A stretch of 62,983 nucleotides of DNA, the filler included, from Collodictyon triciliatum (taxonomy: Eukaryota): the NCBI GenBank assembly GCA_043381765.1. It is 14 parts of 14 records of this genome, joined end to end, with 100 filler letters (N's around TTAATTAATTAA, not from the genome) between each part and the next. Parts side by side here need not be neighbours in the genome. Positions count along the whole stretch, not along the records: positions 44,124 to 48,439 come from JBHJMP010006253.1; positions 48,540 to 52,846 come from JBHJMP010006254.1; positions 52,947 to 58,579 come from JBHJMP010006255.1; positions 58,680 to 62,983 come from JBHJMP010006256.1; 10 more parts are not named here. One strand, written 5' to 3'. A program made the position numbers and the translations under genes. The notes under the pieces were generated by a model that was not told the DNA's origin, did not search any database, and saw only the letters and a list, made by a program, of their open reading frames with translations. This document shows positions 45,820-62,983 of the stretch, one piece after another (the stretch's first letter is position 1; the number at the start of each line of letters is the position of its first letter).

Positions 45820-47200
45820 GTATAGAGCACAAGATTTGTGTTATATCGCATACAAATTACATCTTACATAAGATATTAATCCAAATAAAAATAAACTATA
45901 ATCTCCAATATGAATAGTCCCAGCATCGGAGCCACAATCATGTTAGACAAATGAACTGACTCACGGCTTCGATGTCTAAATATCTTAAGATTCATAGGGT
46001 TTTAAGGAAACATTAAAAAAAATACCAGTACAGTGCGACGCAGTAAAGCTATTTCATACAGCCTCCATTAGAGCGGTAAAAATCCATCCCATGTCTCAGG
46101 AATATCCTCGTTCCGTGCATCTACCGGCACGATAAAAAGACCACTTCATTTGGATACCAAAATCTTCACTACAAAAGCCAAAATTTTAGGGGTTTTTTGT
46201 CAAAAGAATGATAAATATGCTGATATTTTAGTTTATCATCATGTCTCTTACACAACTGAATATAAAGATAATGAAATCATACAGTATATGAGAAATTATT
46301 TAGAATTCAACGCAATATAGCACATCGAATCATTACATAATGAAATTAGAAACAGCATTACATCACGCCATGAAATATCACTATATCACAAGATTTGATT
46401 AACAGCTGCAAAACACCAACAATCGCATCAATTAACACATAAATTGATATACTGTGTTTTTTTTAAATCAAATAATACTAATTGCATACCAGAATGACTG
46501 CACATGTAGGCCAAATGCATTTTTTTAAAATCAATGACCACCTTAGCGCATGATAAAGTAAAGAAATAAAAATATATTCACTCCAACATTAAACACACAG
46601 GCATCCACTTTAGTACTCTCCTATTCAATATTCCATCATATACTCACACATAGCAGAATTCAACAGTCACCTATTGCCGAAATTAGGTTGGATGGCATCA
46701 TACAAATATCTTTCCTCAATGGCTTCGTTCCCCATCCTCAAGTTTTCCTTACGCAGAACCTGTGAGAGGATACATGTAAAAAAATAGATAAAGAAATATA
46801 TTGAAGCTGACCGCAAACGATTATATATGTAGGAATGTGTCGTGCGATATCTCCCACAACATATCCAACCCCTGCTACCCACACAGCCAATCAACCAGTT
46901 GGGACGCCCACCTGACTAACTCGCTATCACTGATTACTTCCCAGTGCTAGCCTCTCCATAGTAGTGTCTTGTCCTACTCGCGTTTGCTCTCTCCCATGCG
47001 CTCCCATCTCGCCCCTTTGTATGGCATAACCTCGCTGCACTATGAATCGAATAAAGGAAAAGAAAAGAACAGAGAGATTGAATCTCGCCTATACTCCTCA
47101 TGCAGGCACAAGAGCAAGGCTGGAAGCTTAACTACAGGATGTGTTTCCTGATAACCGACTACCTCTTCACCACACGGATGTCAAGGAGCGTCTAAATGAA
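45820..47200 (+). mobile_element. Highly decayed LINE ORF2 3' half (family B) interrupted by a family A copy
   Basis: Remnant motifs AQDLCYI (~ADDTAFI), IGATIMLDK (~GGKINYDK) and KYLKI (~KYLGI); 46690-46775 and 47065-47200 match the minus strand of 9385-9640. Confidence 0.5.
46807..47060 (+). mobile_element. Family A non-LTR 3' end copy
   Basis: Closely similar to 26545-26800. Confidence 0.8.
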
Positions 47201-48239
47201 CGAAATAGAGAATTAATGCTAATGATCCACATATCTTGTACATATCGAAAGGAACAAATATATAACAGTCACGTAGGGTAGCGAGTGCGCACCAAAAAAA
47301 TTAATCCATTAGGGGACTGAGCTGCGGCAAACTATGGGAATTATGAAAAGGATGTTCGATTGGGGATATGTGTAGAACTAAAGACCCCTGCTCTTATCAG
47401 GTGAGCCGCCAGCCTGACTAACTTGGTAATATCTACTTTTCCATATGGGAATTTCTTCGATTTTTCCTTTGATTTTCTCTTTAATTTGCGTCTGCTCTCT
47501 GCCATCCACGCATCGCTCGCCTTTGTGCAGCTAGACATTTTGATGGTTCAATCGAAAAAAAATGGCAATATTTTCTTGATTTGCGCATATGACTACAAAA
47601 TCTTTCATCAGTACACATTCATCAATAGAGAACTGGGCTTTGGTGTGCGCGTGTAGTGTTCCACTTGTCAAGGCAAGTGAAGAAAGGAATGCGTTTTAAG
47701 TCAAAATAAATACAATCGTTGCGAAATATATATATATATATATGAATTATAATGGGCAGGTATGCATAGATAAAGTATTATTGCATAAAACTGTGAACAG
47801 CGCAAGAACCTCGAAGGCTTGAATAACAAGGAATAACATGAAACCATTATTTTTGAAAAGGGCTCAGAACATCCAAATAATAAAAAGATTAGTTCCTTTC
47901 ATGTAAAAATGTTTTTTTTTTTTTTTCAACTGGGCAGGCACGTTTTTTCGATAGGCGCAGCGTGAGTCTCGTCGGCTGTGGGAGAAGGTCGTGTTCTGGG
48001 TCGCCACGCCGCTTTCTTTTTCTTTTTCTGCAATATAACGAGATCAAATTTACTTTCCAGATAGAAAATTCAAAGCTGGAAAATATGAGCTATATAAAAA
48101 TTAATAACAATAGCACATTGAGTGATTATAAGTAACTATATCAAAAATTAATCATCATAATTAAAATGTATACGCGTTTACGAAAATCAAAACTGGGTTA
48201 GGTTAGTCTACTCCTTCCAGGGCGCATTAAAGATTGGTA

Positions 48240-48439
48240 ATTGATGAGGCACTGGAAAGAAGTAAGTGATAGCGAGTTGGTCAGGTGGGCGTCCCAACTG
48301 ATTGATTGGTTGCGTGGGCAGCAGGGGTTGGATATGCTGTGGGAGATATCGCACGACACATTCCCACATCTCTCTTCGCTTGCGGTCAGAGTAGCGAAGA
48401 ATGCGGGCGTATTTCAGCAGACTGTTCAGGAAGCTGTAT
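48240..48439 (-). mobile_element. Family A non-LTR 3' region fragment
   Basis: Reverse complement matches about 26496-26690. Confidence 0.8.
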
Positions 48440-48669
48440 NNNNNNNNNNNNNNNNNNNNNNNNNNNNNNNNNNNNNNNNNNNNTTAATTAATTAANNNNN
48501 NNNNNNNNNNNNNNNNNNNNNNNNNNNNNNNNNNNNNNNATGTTTTTTATGTTTTTTATGTTTTTTTATGTTTTTTTATGTTTTTTTATGTTTTTTTATG
48601 TTTTTTATGTTTTTTTATGTTTTTTTAGCTATATTCTACCACCGAGTCATACAAGGACTATGTGATTAC

Positions 48670-51063
48670 GTGAGGCTTTTCTCTTCCGTCAAATCGGACA
48701 ACAAGGTTCAAGCCCGTATACTTAGTCCGGGAGCCTCCCTCGACACGGATTTTAAACCCTGATATAGCACCCTTGCCTTTGTAAACGATGACTGGATTAA
48801 GTCTTTTCCTGGTGATGAAGCTTTTTCCCTTCATTAAAAGATATATTAACTTCCAGTCGAATATTAGCCTTCTTACATTTTGGATTGAATGAGGGGGGGA
48901 AACGTTGAGCCAAATAATTATCAAACTGGCCAAGTGTAAATGAAGCTGTTGAGCTATCCCAAAAAGCAAAAGAAAGAAAAGAAAAAAAGGACAACCAGGA
49001 ATGGTGATTGACTCATAATCATGTTTATCTCATAATTGTAAAATTAAATACTTTTAACATTTCTGATATCGGCAGAGATTTGAGCCAAGGTGGTGACGGA
49101 TGCTCCACTGCTCGGTAGATTACATTCATCGCCTCGTCAATATTCTCCTCATCTCCTTTAAATGTCACAGGTACGGTTGAATCAGGTATGAAATTATACT
49201 TGTGATACGTAAATATATAGTATAATCCCTGTCTGAAATACGTTCTGGGGTCAACATTTTTCGGAAACTACGAATGATCCAAATTAATGCGATAAAAAGG
49301 GGTTTCAGCCGTTAAAAATCACATAAAATGACTTAATTTAGGCTTAATTATGAGTCACATCATGGGACTTGAATTCGCAGGTAATATCACATGATTACCC
49401 GAAATCCTTTCATATCTACAGTTATTGTACAACTTTTTGTGTAATAAATTGGGACGTAGTGGAAGAATCCACTTCTGATATCATTCATCCCAGACAAAGG
49501 AAAAAAATATGGTTTATGAGTCCCCGTAGACATATTTCGAATAGTTCTATTGAAAACTAATTCCCCGTCCACCTTTTCATATATAAAAGAGAAAGCTGGA
49601 AATTAATGAGGTATGAGCTTTTTTGTAGAAGCAGATAGATAGATGGTTGGATGACTTGATGGTTGGATAATAAAAATACCTCAACAAGTATATCCCATAA
49701 TAACCCAGCACCAGAATCTGACCCTGATGTAAAAATTAGATAAGACCGTAGTATGCAACCAGGTCCATAATCTTCGAAAATACGTAAGTAGTCTCCATTT
49801 ATTGATATGAAATGATTGAAGTCCTATTCAGAAATATGTTAAATGAACGAAGGCGCTGAGAGAATGAAATCTATAAAAATCTAACAAAAATTCATCTTGA
49901 CTTCTTAATAATAATAGCAGTAGTAATAGTAATATTAAAAGTAATGGTGCTGGTCATGGTGATGGTGATGGTGATGGTGATGGTGATGGTGATGGTGGGT
50001 ATGGAAAACAAGGGAACAAGAAAAGTTTTTGACGCCTATCCTCTTACGGATAGTTTTTTTAAAACTTTTAGGTACAGTAGTAACCTGATTGTTTGCGGAC
50101 CAATCGTAGCTGCTGGCCTGTCGTATCGTGAATCCCCGCTTTCTGATAGGCATTCTGTCAAAATGAAGTAATCCGTTATACTTGAAGGGCTCATGCGGTA
50201 AAACAGGCACAGACTCTGCCTCTTTTTTTCTGCCCTCCTAATATAATTGATGAAGGCTAAATATTTTTTCCTTTATTCGATTCAAAGGTTCAACAAGGTT
50301 ATGCCTTACAAGGGGCGAGATAGGTGCGCATGGTAGAAAGCAAACGCGAGTAAGAGAAGACGCTACTGTGAAGAAGTTAACATGGGAAAGATATCGGTGA
50401 TAGCGAGTTGTTCAGGCGGGCGTAAAGATTGAGCATTAAATTCAAAAGAAGGAAGGAAGGAAGGAAGGAAGGAAGGAAGGAAGGAAGGAAGGAAGGAAGG
50501 AAGGAAGGAAGGAAGGAAGGAAGGAAGGAAGGAAGGAAGGAAGGAAGAGCCTTATGGTCACTATTAAATCAAAGATCTAATATAACATAATCACTGAAAC
50601 TGGAGCAAGATAAATTAAAAATAACGAAAGTGAATCAGCCAAAAGGAAGGGTAAGGAAAGCAAAGATCAAGTGAACAACTTGCGTTCAATATTTATAAAT
50701 ACCAAAATAATTCAATACCAAGTATCAAAAAATACCAGAGCGACGAGAAGATTGTATCGCACAAGATAAGACAAAAATATACGGTTTATGTGGTTTTTTG
50801 TTGCTGTTGTTTTTGTCGTTGTCTTCCTTTATGCGGTTTATGTGTTAATAATACATCAATAAGAAACTTACCATAACCTCTCCCGCCCTGAATGAATTGT
50901 TCGATACCCCATAACTACCCTTTTGACAAGAAACAAGTCCATCGCAGTTGCCTGAGAGGCAATTGATATATCCTTGAAGCGGGCATGAGACCAAGAATAA
51001 AACAATCCCCACTCCTGTGACAAACAGGGTGACTCTAAGCTCGAGTCGTGTCTCAAAAACCAT
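48670..51063 (-). CDS. DUF2961/GH172-like protein with N-terminal signal anchor, multi-exon, 3' truncated
   Basis: QASSYDWSANNQ|DFNHF..EDYGPGCI, VDGE..PYFFPLSG..GFFHYVPIYYTKSC, LYYIFTYHKY and GKGAISGFKI..LVVRFDG match the bacterial DUF2961 pattern. Confidence 0.7.
50262..50422 (-). mobile_element. Diverged family A 3' end inside intron 1 of the DUF2961-like gene
   Basis: cctttattcgattcaa...gatagcgagttg is the reverse complement of the family A 3' end. Confidence 0.7.
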
Positions 51064-51252
51064 TCTTTTCTTTCCCTTTTTTTTTCTTTCAAGCGCTGCG
51101 ATTCCGTTGCTGAACTTGTCCTTCCTTTACTGGTATCTAACAACAAAAGAAAAGATATGAAGGAGAAAGCAAGTGCAGTAAGCATGTGTCGACTGAGACA
51201 CTCGCTTGAAGAATCATGAAAAGTTCATAAATGAATGAAAAATAAATAAATC

Positions 51253-51516
51253 ATATAGGAGCCTTGTATGGGAATGTGTCGTAAGATATCTCCCACGGCA
51301 TATCCAACCCCTGCTGCCCACGCAACCAATCAACCAGTTGGGACGCCCACCTGACCAACTCGCTATCACTGACTTCTTTCCAGTGCTACCCTCTCTACGG
51401 TAGTGTCTTCTCCTACTCGCGTTTGCTCTCTCCCATGCGCTCCTATCCCGCCCCTTTGTATGGCATAACCTCCCTGCACTTTGAATCGAATAAAGGAAAA
51501 TATAGGAGCCTTGTAT
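51253..51516 (+). mobile_element. Family A 5'-truncated retro-insertion with 17-bp target-site duplication
   Basis: ATATAGGAGCCTTGTAT at 51253-51269 and 51500-51516 flanks the repeat. Confidence 0.88.
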
Positions 51517-52183
51517 AGCCCTGAAAATGAACAAAATATCACAGAGGGGAGGAAGTCTCATTGTCTCGTCCTGCCACCTTCCGGCGGCATTCCTCCTCCA
51601 TCCTCCAAATCCATCTCACGAAGCACGATCATGTTTTATCTCAAACCCATGCAACTCACTCCCGCACCTTCGGAGTGTGTCTCTCAGATCATGTCCAGAC
51701 GAAAGGAAATAGAAAACAAAAATACAATAAGGCTGCCCTTCTGGGAATGATGTGAAAACAGGGGAGGACTAAAACCATGTGGAACTGTGGTCGTGGTATT
51801 ACCGCCGCCTGAAAGAAAGGAAATATATATAATCTTGGGGCAATATCTCCCACTCAAGGCAGACTTTCCTCCCGGGCGCCGAGATTCTTCGAAGGCAGCG
51901 CAGGGCATGAAAAGAGACCTTATATAATGACTCTTTTGGTTTGTTTGTTTTATGTTTTTTTTTATTCATTCATTCCGCCCAGCGTCCGATTCCTCATGTT
52001 GGTGTTAGTGTCTGCTAAAAGTAGGCGGAGAAGAAAAAGAAAAGAAAAGAAAAAGAAAAAGGGGAAAAGAAAAAAAAAAGAAGAAAAAAAGAAAGGAAAG
52101 GAAAAGAAAGAGAAAAAGAAAGAAAAAAGGAACAGAAAAAGAAAGAGAAACGAAAAAAAAACTCGTGTATCAAAAGCGCACGC

Positions 52184-52528
52184 CTAGAAGTCAGAGACAC
52201 GGCCTCTGCGCTCCCAGTCCGAGTATCGCGTCGGCTCCAACCCTGCCGGGCCGCACCGCTCTCCAGTCTCCTCATTGATACGCTCCGGCTCGTCCGCCTC
52301 CAACTCCTGATCAATCGCGTCCAGCGACTCGTCAGCCTCGGCCTTGGACGCACCCGCGTCCTTCTCCAGATCGCGGCTCATTTCGCGCCAGCTCAGCGAC
52401 GGGACGGGCGGGGGGATCCGATCTCCGGCCGGGCCGAGCCGCAGCGGACTGCCCGCGCTCAGCAGCCGTCGAGGGGGATTTGTCGCTGCGGCAACTAGTC
52501 GCTTCCAGGAGGAATGCAGGAGGGACAT
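52184..52528 (-). CDS. SDHAF4: Succinate dehydrogenase assembly factor 4 (DUF1674), intronless
   Basis: Mitochondrial-like N-terminus; INEETGERCGPAGLEPTRYSDWERRGRVSDF. Confidence 0.93.
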   Translation of the reverse strand: MSLLHSSWKRLVAAATNPPRRLLSAGSPLRLGPAGDRIPPPVPSLSWREMSRDLEKDAGASKAEADESLDAIDQELEADEPERINEETGERCGPAGLEPTRYSDWERRGRVSDF

Positions 52529-53400
52529 TGCCTTCTGTGTGGGGGGTGGCTTGTGCGTGTTAGGTCTGCCGGATCGTCTGTTTTCCTAGTGTTTGCTGGC
52601 GGCCTCGTCCTTCGTGCTAAATAGAGGCCCTTTCTGATCTGGGATCGGAAGTGGCAGTGTGGTATCGGCTGTTTAAGGTATGTTTATCCGGTCAGGCCGA
52701 CCAGCTCTGGTTATTTATTCACTCTGGCAGGGACTCTGCTTTGCAAAATCAGTGCCTTCATCGGAAGAGCTCGTTCGGCTTCAGACATGTTTTTCCTTTT
52801 TCAAGGGGTGGCTGCCTAGTCCCGCCTGGCCTCTGCCACATCCAGCNNNNNNNNNNNNNNNNNNNNNNNNNNNNNNNNNNNNNNNNNNNNTTAATTAATT
52901 AANNNNNNNNNNNNNNNNNNNNNNNNNNNNNNNNNNNNNNNNNNNNAAAAAGAAAAAAGAAAAAAGAAAAAAGAAAAAAGAAAAAAGAAAAAAGAAAAAA
53001 GAAAAAAGAAAAAAGAAAAAAGAAAAAAGAAAAAAAAGAAAAAAAAGAAAAGAAAAAAGAAAAGAAGGTGCATCCTACGTGATGCAATCCAGAGCCATGC
53101 GAATACCATGAAAGTCGAGTTTGTACAGTAAGCAAGAGACATTATACCCTCATTCATTAATTTTAGTTTTGAGTCAATATTATCACACCCATTCTCTCCG
53201 AATTAAAAACAAAATAAAAATGTGCTATGATTCATATACCTTTTTTTTTTTTTTACATCACTCGCGATGAATTTTATGGAGTTCCTTCCCTGCACACGTT
53301 TTCTTCAACCATGGCAGGAAAATTGAAATTAAGAAAAAAAAAAATCCAAAGAGAAGGAGAAGGGAGAGGAGAAGCGTGTGGCAGAGAAGGAGGTGGCGGT

Positions 53401-58512
<5,112 letters not shown>

Positions 58513-58679
58513 GCTATTGTGCACACATAGGATTAGCTGAGAGTATAAGCCCACACACAGACACTCAGACACACAAAAANNNNNNNNNNNNNNNNNNNNN
58601 NNNNNNNNNNNNNNNNNNNNNNNTTAATTAATTAANNNNNNNNNNNNNNNNNNNNNNNNNNNNNNNNNNNNNNNNNNNN

Positions 58680-61600
58680 AGTTGACCGAGGGCGAAATTA
58701 AGGATGGTGTCGAATCCTTCCTCATCCGCTATGACAAGACCCTGAACGAAAAGCAAGTTGGAATGATTCTGGCTGACCTGGAAGATACTGGTGAGGCATT
58801 TTTAATAGGAGTATATATATTTTAATAAAAAAAAATTCCAAGGAATGATTAGTTATTCTTATGTGATATTTTTTATAGGCCATCCGCTCTATCTCCGCAT
58901 CATTCTGGACGAAGTCAGGGTCTTTGGCGTCTATGAGAAGCTTGATGAAGAACTGAATACTCTGCTCTCAACCAACGGTGTCATTGAGCTTTACACTCTC
59001 ATTATCAAACGCTGGCAACTGAAGTTTGACAGGAAAGGTGAGTATTGGTTTCATATTTCACAAAAAAAAAAAAATGCAAATTATAACAGCAATTTTTGTT
59101 GAATACTTTTTTTAATTGTAAAGTCTCCTCTTCTGATGGAAAAGAGACAATGAAGGTCGAGTATGTCTCCCTCTCGATGAAGGTTCTCTTTGTTTCTCGC
59201 ATCGGCCTGAGTGAAGGTGACCTGGACAAGTACATGAAAGACGCGATTGGCACAGGATTCGAGCTTGCCGAATGGTTTACTTACTATTGAATTTTAACAG
59301 AATTAATAGGTTAACCCTTTCCATTTTCTTTTTTATTTAACTTATCTTTTATCCATTCAAATAGGAAATCCTTTTTCTTTACCCTCATCGAGTCGCTTTT
59401 CGTCCGCAATGGAAGGTTGGTGTTATTTCTCAGTTCTTTTCTTTCGTTAATATGTGTTTTTGGTATTATTTTATTTGGATATAAAGCTAACTATTGTCTA
59501 TCATAGATACATGTACTTCCATCAGCTGTTGTTGGAGACCACTGAAAAGGTATACTTCTCTGAAGTGAAAGAGATGGAAAAAACCCACGAAAAATACGGA
59601 AAATGGCTGTTTGGCCAGTATTCTGAGGCTGCTGACGCGGATGAGGAGCTTGCTGCTGAGATATGCTACCAACTTCTGAAGGGCAGTTCATTTGACTTGC
59701 TTGTCGAATACATGAAGCAAAAACATGTAATTTCTTTATTTTTATTTAATTGTTTTCACTCATAATGAAATGTCATTCACTCATTAATTTTTTAAAATAT
59801 CTCATAGGTTATTAGCATCATGCTCAGTGGTCGCTATCGCTACGAGTTCTTTACATGCTGGAGAGCAATCAACGCAAGCGGAGCGGCGAACTACAAGGAT
59901 GCTTATGGAAGCTTGGCTAAGGTAATTTTATTAATAATTTTATTTTTTGAAGGTTACCACTCACGAATTAAATTATTAATCATGATTTATCTATTTTTTT
60001 TTTTATTTTTTTTCAGTCTTTGGATAATGTGGGAGACCTGCTGGTTGGATTTTTCTTGGAGTCTTTTGAGAACTCGTTCTTGTTATCTGTTCTGAATGTG
60101 CGTCTTGGAAAGCATCAGACAGAAGGTATGCAATTTATTGTTATTTTTTGATGAATTTAAGTCACGAATATGAGTGTATATATATGGAGATATTCAATAA
60201 TCTATTAATTCATAGATGCGAAGTCGGCTGATTACTTAAGTCTTGGTCGTGTCTACAAGAACGTCCAAAAGTAAAAAAAAGAAAAAAAAAGCAATGATTA
60301 TATAATTAAGACATGAAATTATGATTATTTATAATGGCAACTTTTCTAAAATAAAATAAAAATTAAACAGCTGGTCTGAGTCCATGGTCTGCTACAAGAA
60401 ATGTCTCGACTCCGTTGAGAAAAATGCAGATGATTCCCTGCGTATCGCTACCATCCATGAAGAGATGGGTATCATTTACCAGCAACAGGATAAGTAAGGC
60501 TCGTTTTCAACTGTAAAATAAATTATGAATAATGTTTCAAAAAAGGAATTATTCTGATTTTTCTTATGAAACAGAATCGATGAAGCTCTTGGTGAATACA
60601 AGATATCACTGGAATTGAGAATCAAACAGCTGGGCGAGAACGACTTGCAAGTGGCCCAATCATATGACCGCTTTGGAGATATCTATGTGAAGCAGTCAAA
60701 GTAATAATTGATTCATCTATATTCGTTTTTTTTTTTTTGCATTTATTTTGTAAATATATAAGTATGCTGATCAATTTTTTATGATAGGAATGAGCAAGCT
60801 CTGGTTGAATACACAAATGCCATGGAAATCCGCCAAAAGAAAGTCGGAAACGAGCATCCTCTTGTCGCAACATCGTACCAGAACTACGGCCATGTCTCTC
60901 TGGCTGGGAAAAAGTAGCACAGTCATTCGATTAAAGCTTATTTTAATCTACTTATAATTTGAGAAATATTAATATGATTGAATCATCAAGGTATGAAGAG
61001 TCTATTAAAAACTACGAAGAGGCTAAATCAATTCTTGAAAAATCGCTGGGAGCGAAGCATGCATCTGTTGCCTCGACAATCCAGTTTATTGCGAGTGTTC
61101 ATCTTGCCAGTGGAAAGTTCGGATTTCTAAATTACAGATATTTTCATAAAACAATAATAATTTTCTATTTCTTTTAATTTGCAAAATGAGTTTAGCTTCA
61201 TATATTCATTGTATGGACTCTATTTGTGGTTAAGATTATGCATCATATAATTCTAATTAATTATATAAATATCAAAACTATTATCTTTTATAGGAAAAGT
61301 GAGGCCTTGTCCTCATTAAAGCAATCGCTTGATATTTTCATGTCTGCTCTGGGTGAAAATCATCCGAATGTTGTGGCCTGCTATGAAATGATTGGAGACA
61401 TCAGCCATGATTTGAAGGAGTATCTCTTTAAGAATTATATTTTTATATTTGATTGAAAGGAATAATTTATTTACTCACATTATCCTAGCTTCAAGGGTGC
61501 TTTGGAGGCGTATACAAAGACGCTGGATATTCGCGTGAGAACATTGGGCGAAAGGCATGCAGATTATGCGACTTCCCTGGAGAATATTGGCAGAACAAAC

Positions 61601-62983
61601 TTTGAGCTTCAAAGGTAAATTTCTCTATTTGTTAAAAAAAATTAAATATTATATTAATACTTGTAAAAACCATGAATAAATATAATATACATGCATTTAG
61701 ATTGGACCAAGTCGTGGAATACTTCCAGAAGGCAGCTGCTATCAGAAAGGAGACGAAGACTATCATATCACTGAAAGACGGCCCGCAAATTGACAACATT
61801 ATCCGCCTCATGAAGGACAAGAAGGAGCATGAAGCCGTTGTTCAGCTTTACAAAACAGCTGCTGTTATACATGGTGAAAAGTCATCCTATGAAAACTGGG
61901 ACTGCTGGGTGGCTTGTGAGACTGCACACCAACACTGCAAAGAAAATAAGCAGCATAACGAAGCAGTGGCATTCTGGACTGAGATGAGAGACAGATTCGC
62001 TGATAAAGTCGGATGGATTCACCCCAGAACGTTAAACTCGTGCGAATACTTGTCCGTTCATTCAAAAGAAATCGGAATCAACAAAGAGCCTGTCGAGTTT
62101 ACAAGAGTCAAGGAATTCATCAGTGAAACTCTTGATGATGCAAAACTGGATGAGAAATGGAATCGTGAGCAAATCATTGCATCATTATTCAGAATTGTCT
62201 ACATGTCAACGACTGATGAGAGCAAATCAAAGGCTGCGTCTAATGCAATCACACTTTTGAATTTCATGAATATTTCATTTGGTGGAATGGATTTATCAAA
62301 CATCAATATTCCACATGCAAATCTCAGTAACTCAATCTTTGAAGGTGCAAACCTCACTGGTGCCGACTTGGATGGTGTTGATTTCACGAATTCGATGCTT
62401 GGTGATTGTGTTTTTGATAATGCGAATATGAATAATGTTAAATTCGGAATTCCTCATTATAAATTAGAAGGTCATACAAGTTATGTCAATAGTGTTTGCA
62501 GTATCCAAGGACCGAATGGTCAAAACTGGCTGGCTTCTGGAAGTCTTGACAAAACAATACGTATTTGGGATGTAGCCACAGGAAACCAAATCAAAATATT
62601 CGAAGGTCACACAAATGATGTCAGGAGTGTTTGCAGTATCCAAGGACCGAACGGTGAAAATTGGTTGGCTTCTGGGAGTTATGATAAAACAATACGTATT
62701 TGGGATGTAGCCACAGGAAACCAAATCAAAACATTAGAAGGTCATACATATGCTGTCACTAGTGTTTGCAGTATTCAAGGACCAAATGGTAAAAATTGGT
62801 TGGCTTCTGGAGGTAAAGATAATACAGTACGTATTTGGGATGTAGCCACAGGAAATCAAATCAATACATTAAAAGGACATACAAATGATATCAACAGTGT
62901 TTGCAGTATTCAAGGACCGAATGGTGAAAAGTGGCTGGCTTCTGGAAGTTTTGATAATACAATACGTATTTGGGATGTAGCCA
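58680..62983 (+). CDS. NPHP3/TEP1-like STAND C-terminal region plus TPR array, pentapeptide repeats and WD40 repeats; both ends truncated
   Basis: YDKTLNEKQV..GHPLYLRIILDEVRVFGVYEKL; 42-aa KLC-type TPR exons; last exon open from 61701 to the window end with AASNAITLLN..DLSNINIPHANLSN and GHT..WLASGS.DKTIRIWD repeats. Confidence 0.88.
62464..62983 (+). repeat. Near-identical 135-nt (45-aa) WD40 tandem repeats, at least 4 copies
   Basis: Units start at 62464, 62599, 62734 and 62869. Confidence 0.95.

Noticed and set aside
46667-47538. Possible small minus-strand spliced gene (ORFs 46667-46894 and 47341-47538)
   Set aside because: The first ORF is antisense to retroelement sequence and the second has no recognisable homology

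Overview
Eukaryotic (protist-like, AT-rich, intron-rich) nuclear DNA. The window is a concatenation of 14 short contigs, mostly about 4.3 kb, joined by artificial N..TTAATTAATTAA..N linkers, so neighbouring contigs are not physically linked. Recognisable genes, mostly partial and spliced: MutS/MSH1-like, PTB/hnRNP-L-like RRM protein, Sel1-repeat protein, DWNN/RBBP6 first exon, an orphan multi-TM protein, ORC5, two Cys-rich or LRR ectodomain plus multi-TM receptor-like proteins, SPB1 first exon, DUF4050 protein, PHO80-like cyclin, two tandem USP4/15-like pieces, class I PI3K (with a U12-type AT-AC intron), a DUF2961/GH172-like protein, SDHAF4, a PH-BEACH-WD40 protein, and an NPHP3-like TPR protein fused in frame to pentapeptide repeats and near-identical WD40 repeats. 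There are also fragments of at least two related non-LTR retrotransposon families and many microsatellites. The most notable signals are two immune-receptor-like modular architectures (a one-LRR-per-exon tandem array, and one-TPR-per-exon plus hypervariable WD40 repeats) and the minor-spliceosome intron. Family calls rest on motif recognition by eye; no database search was run.
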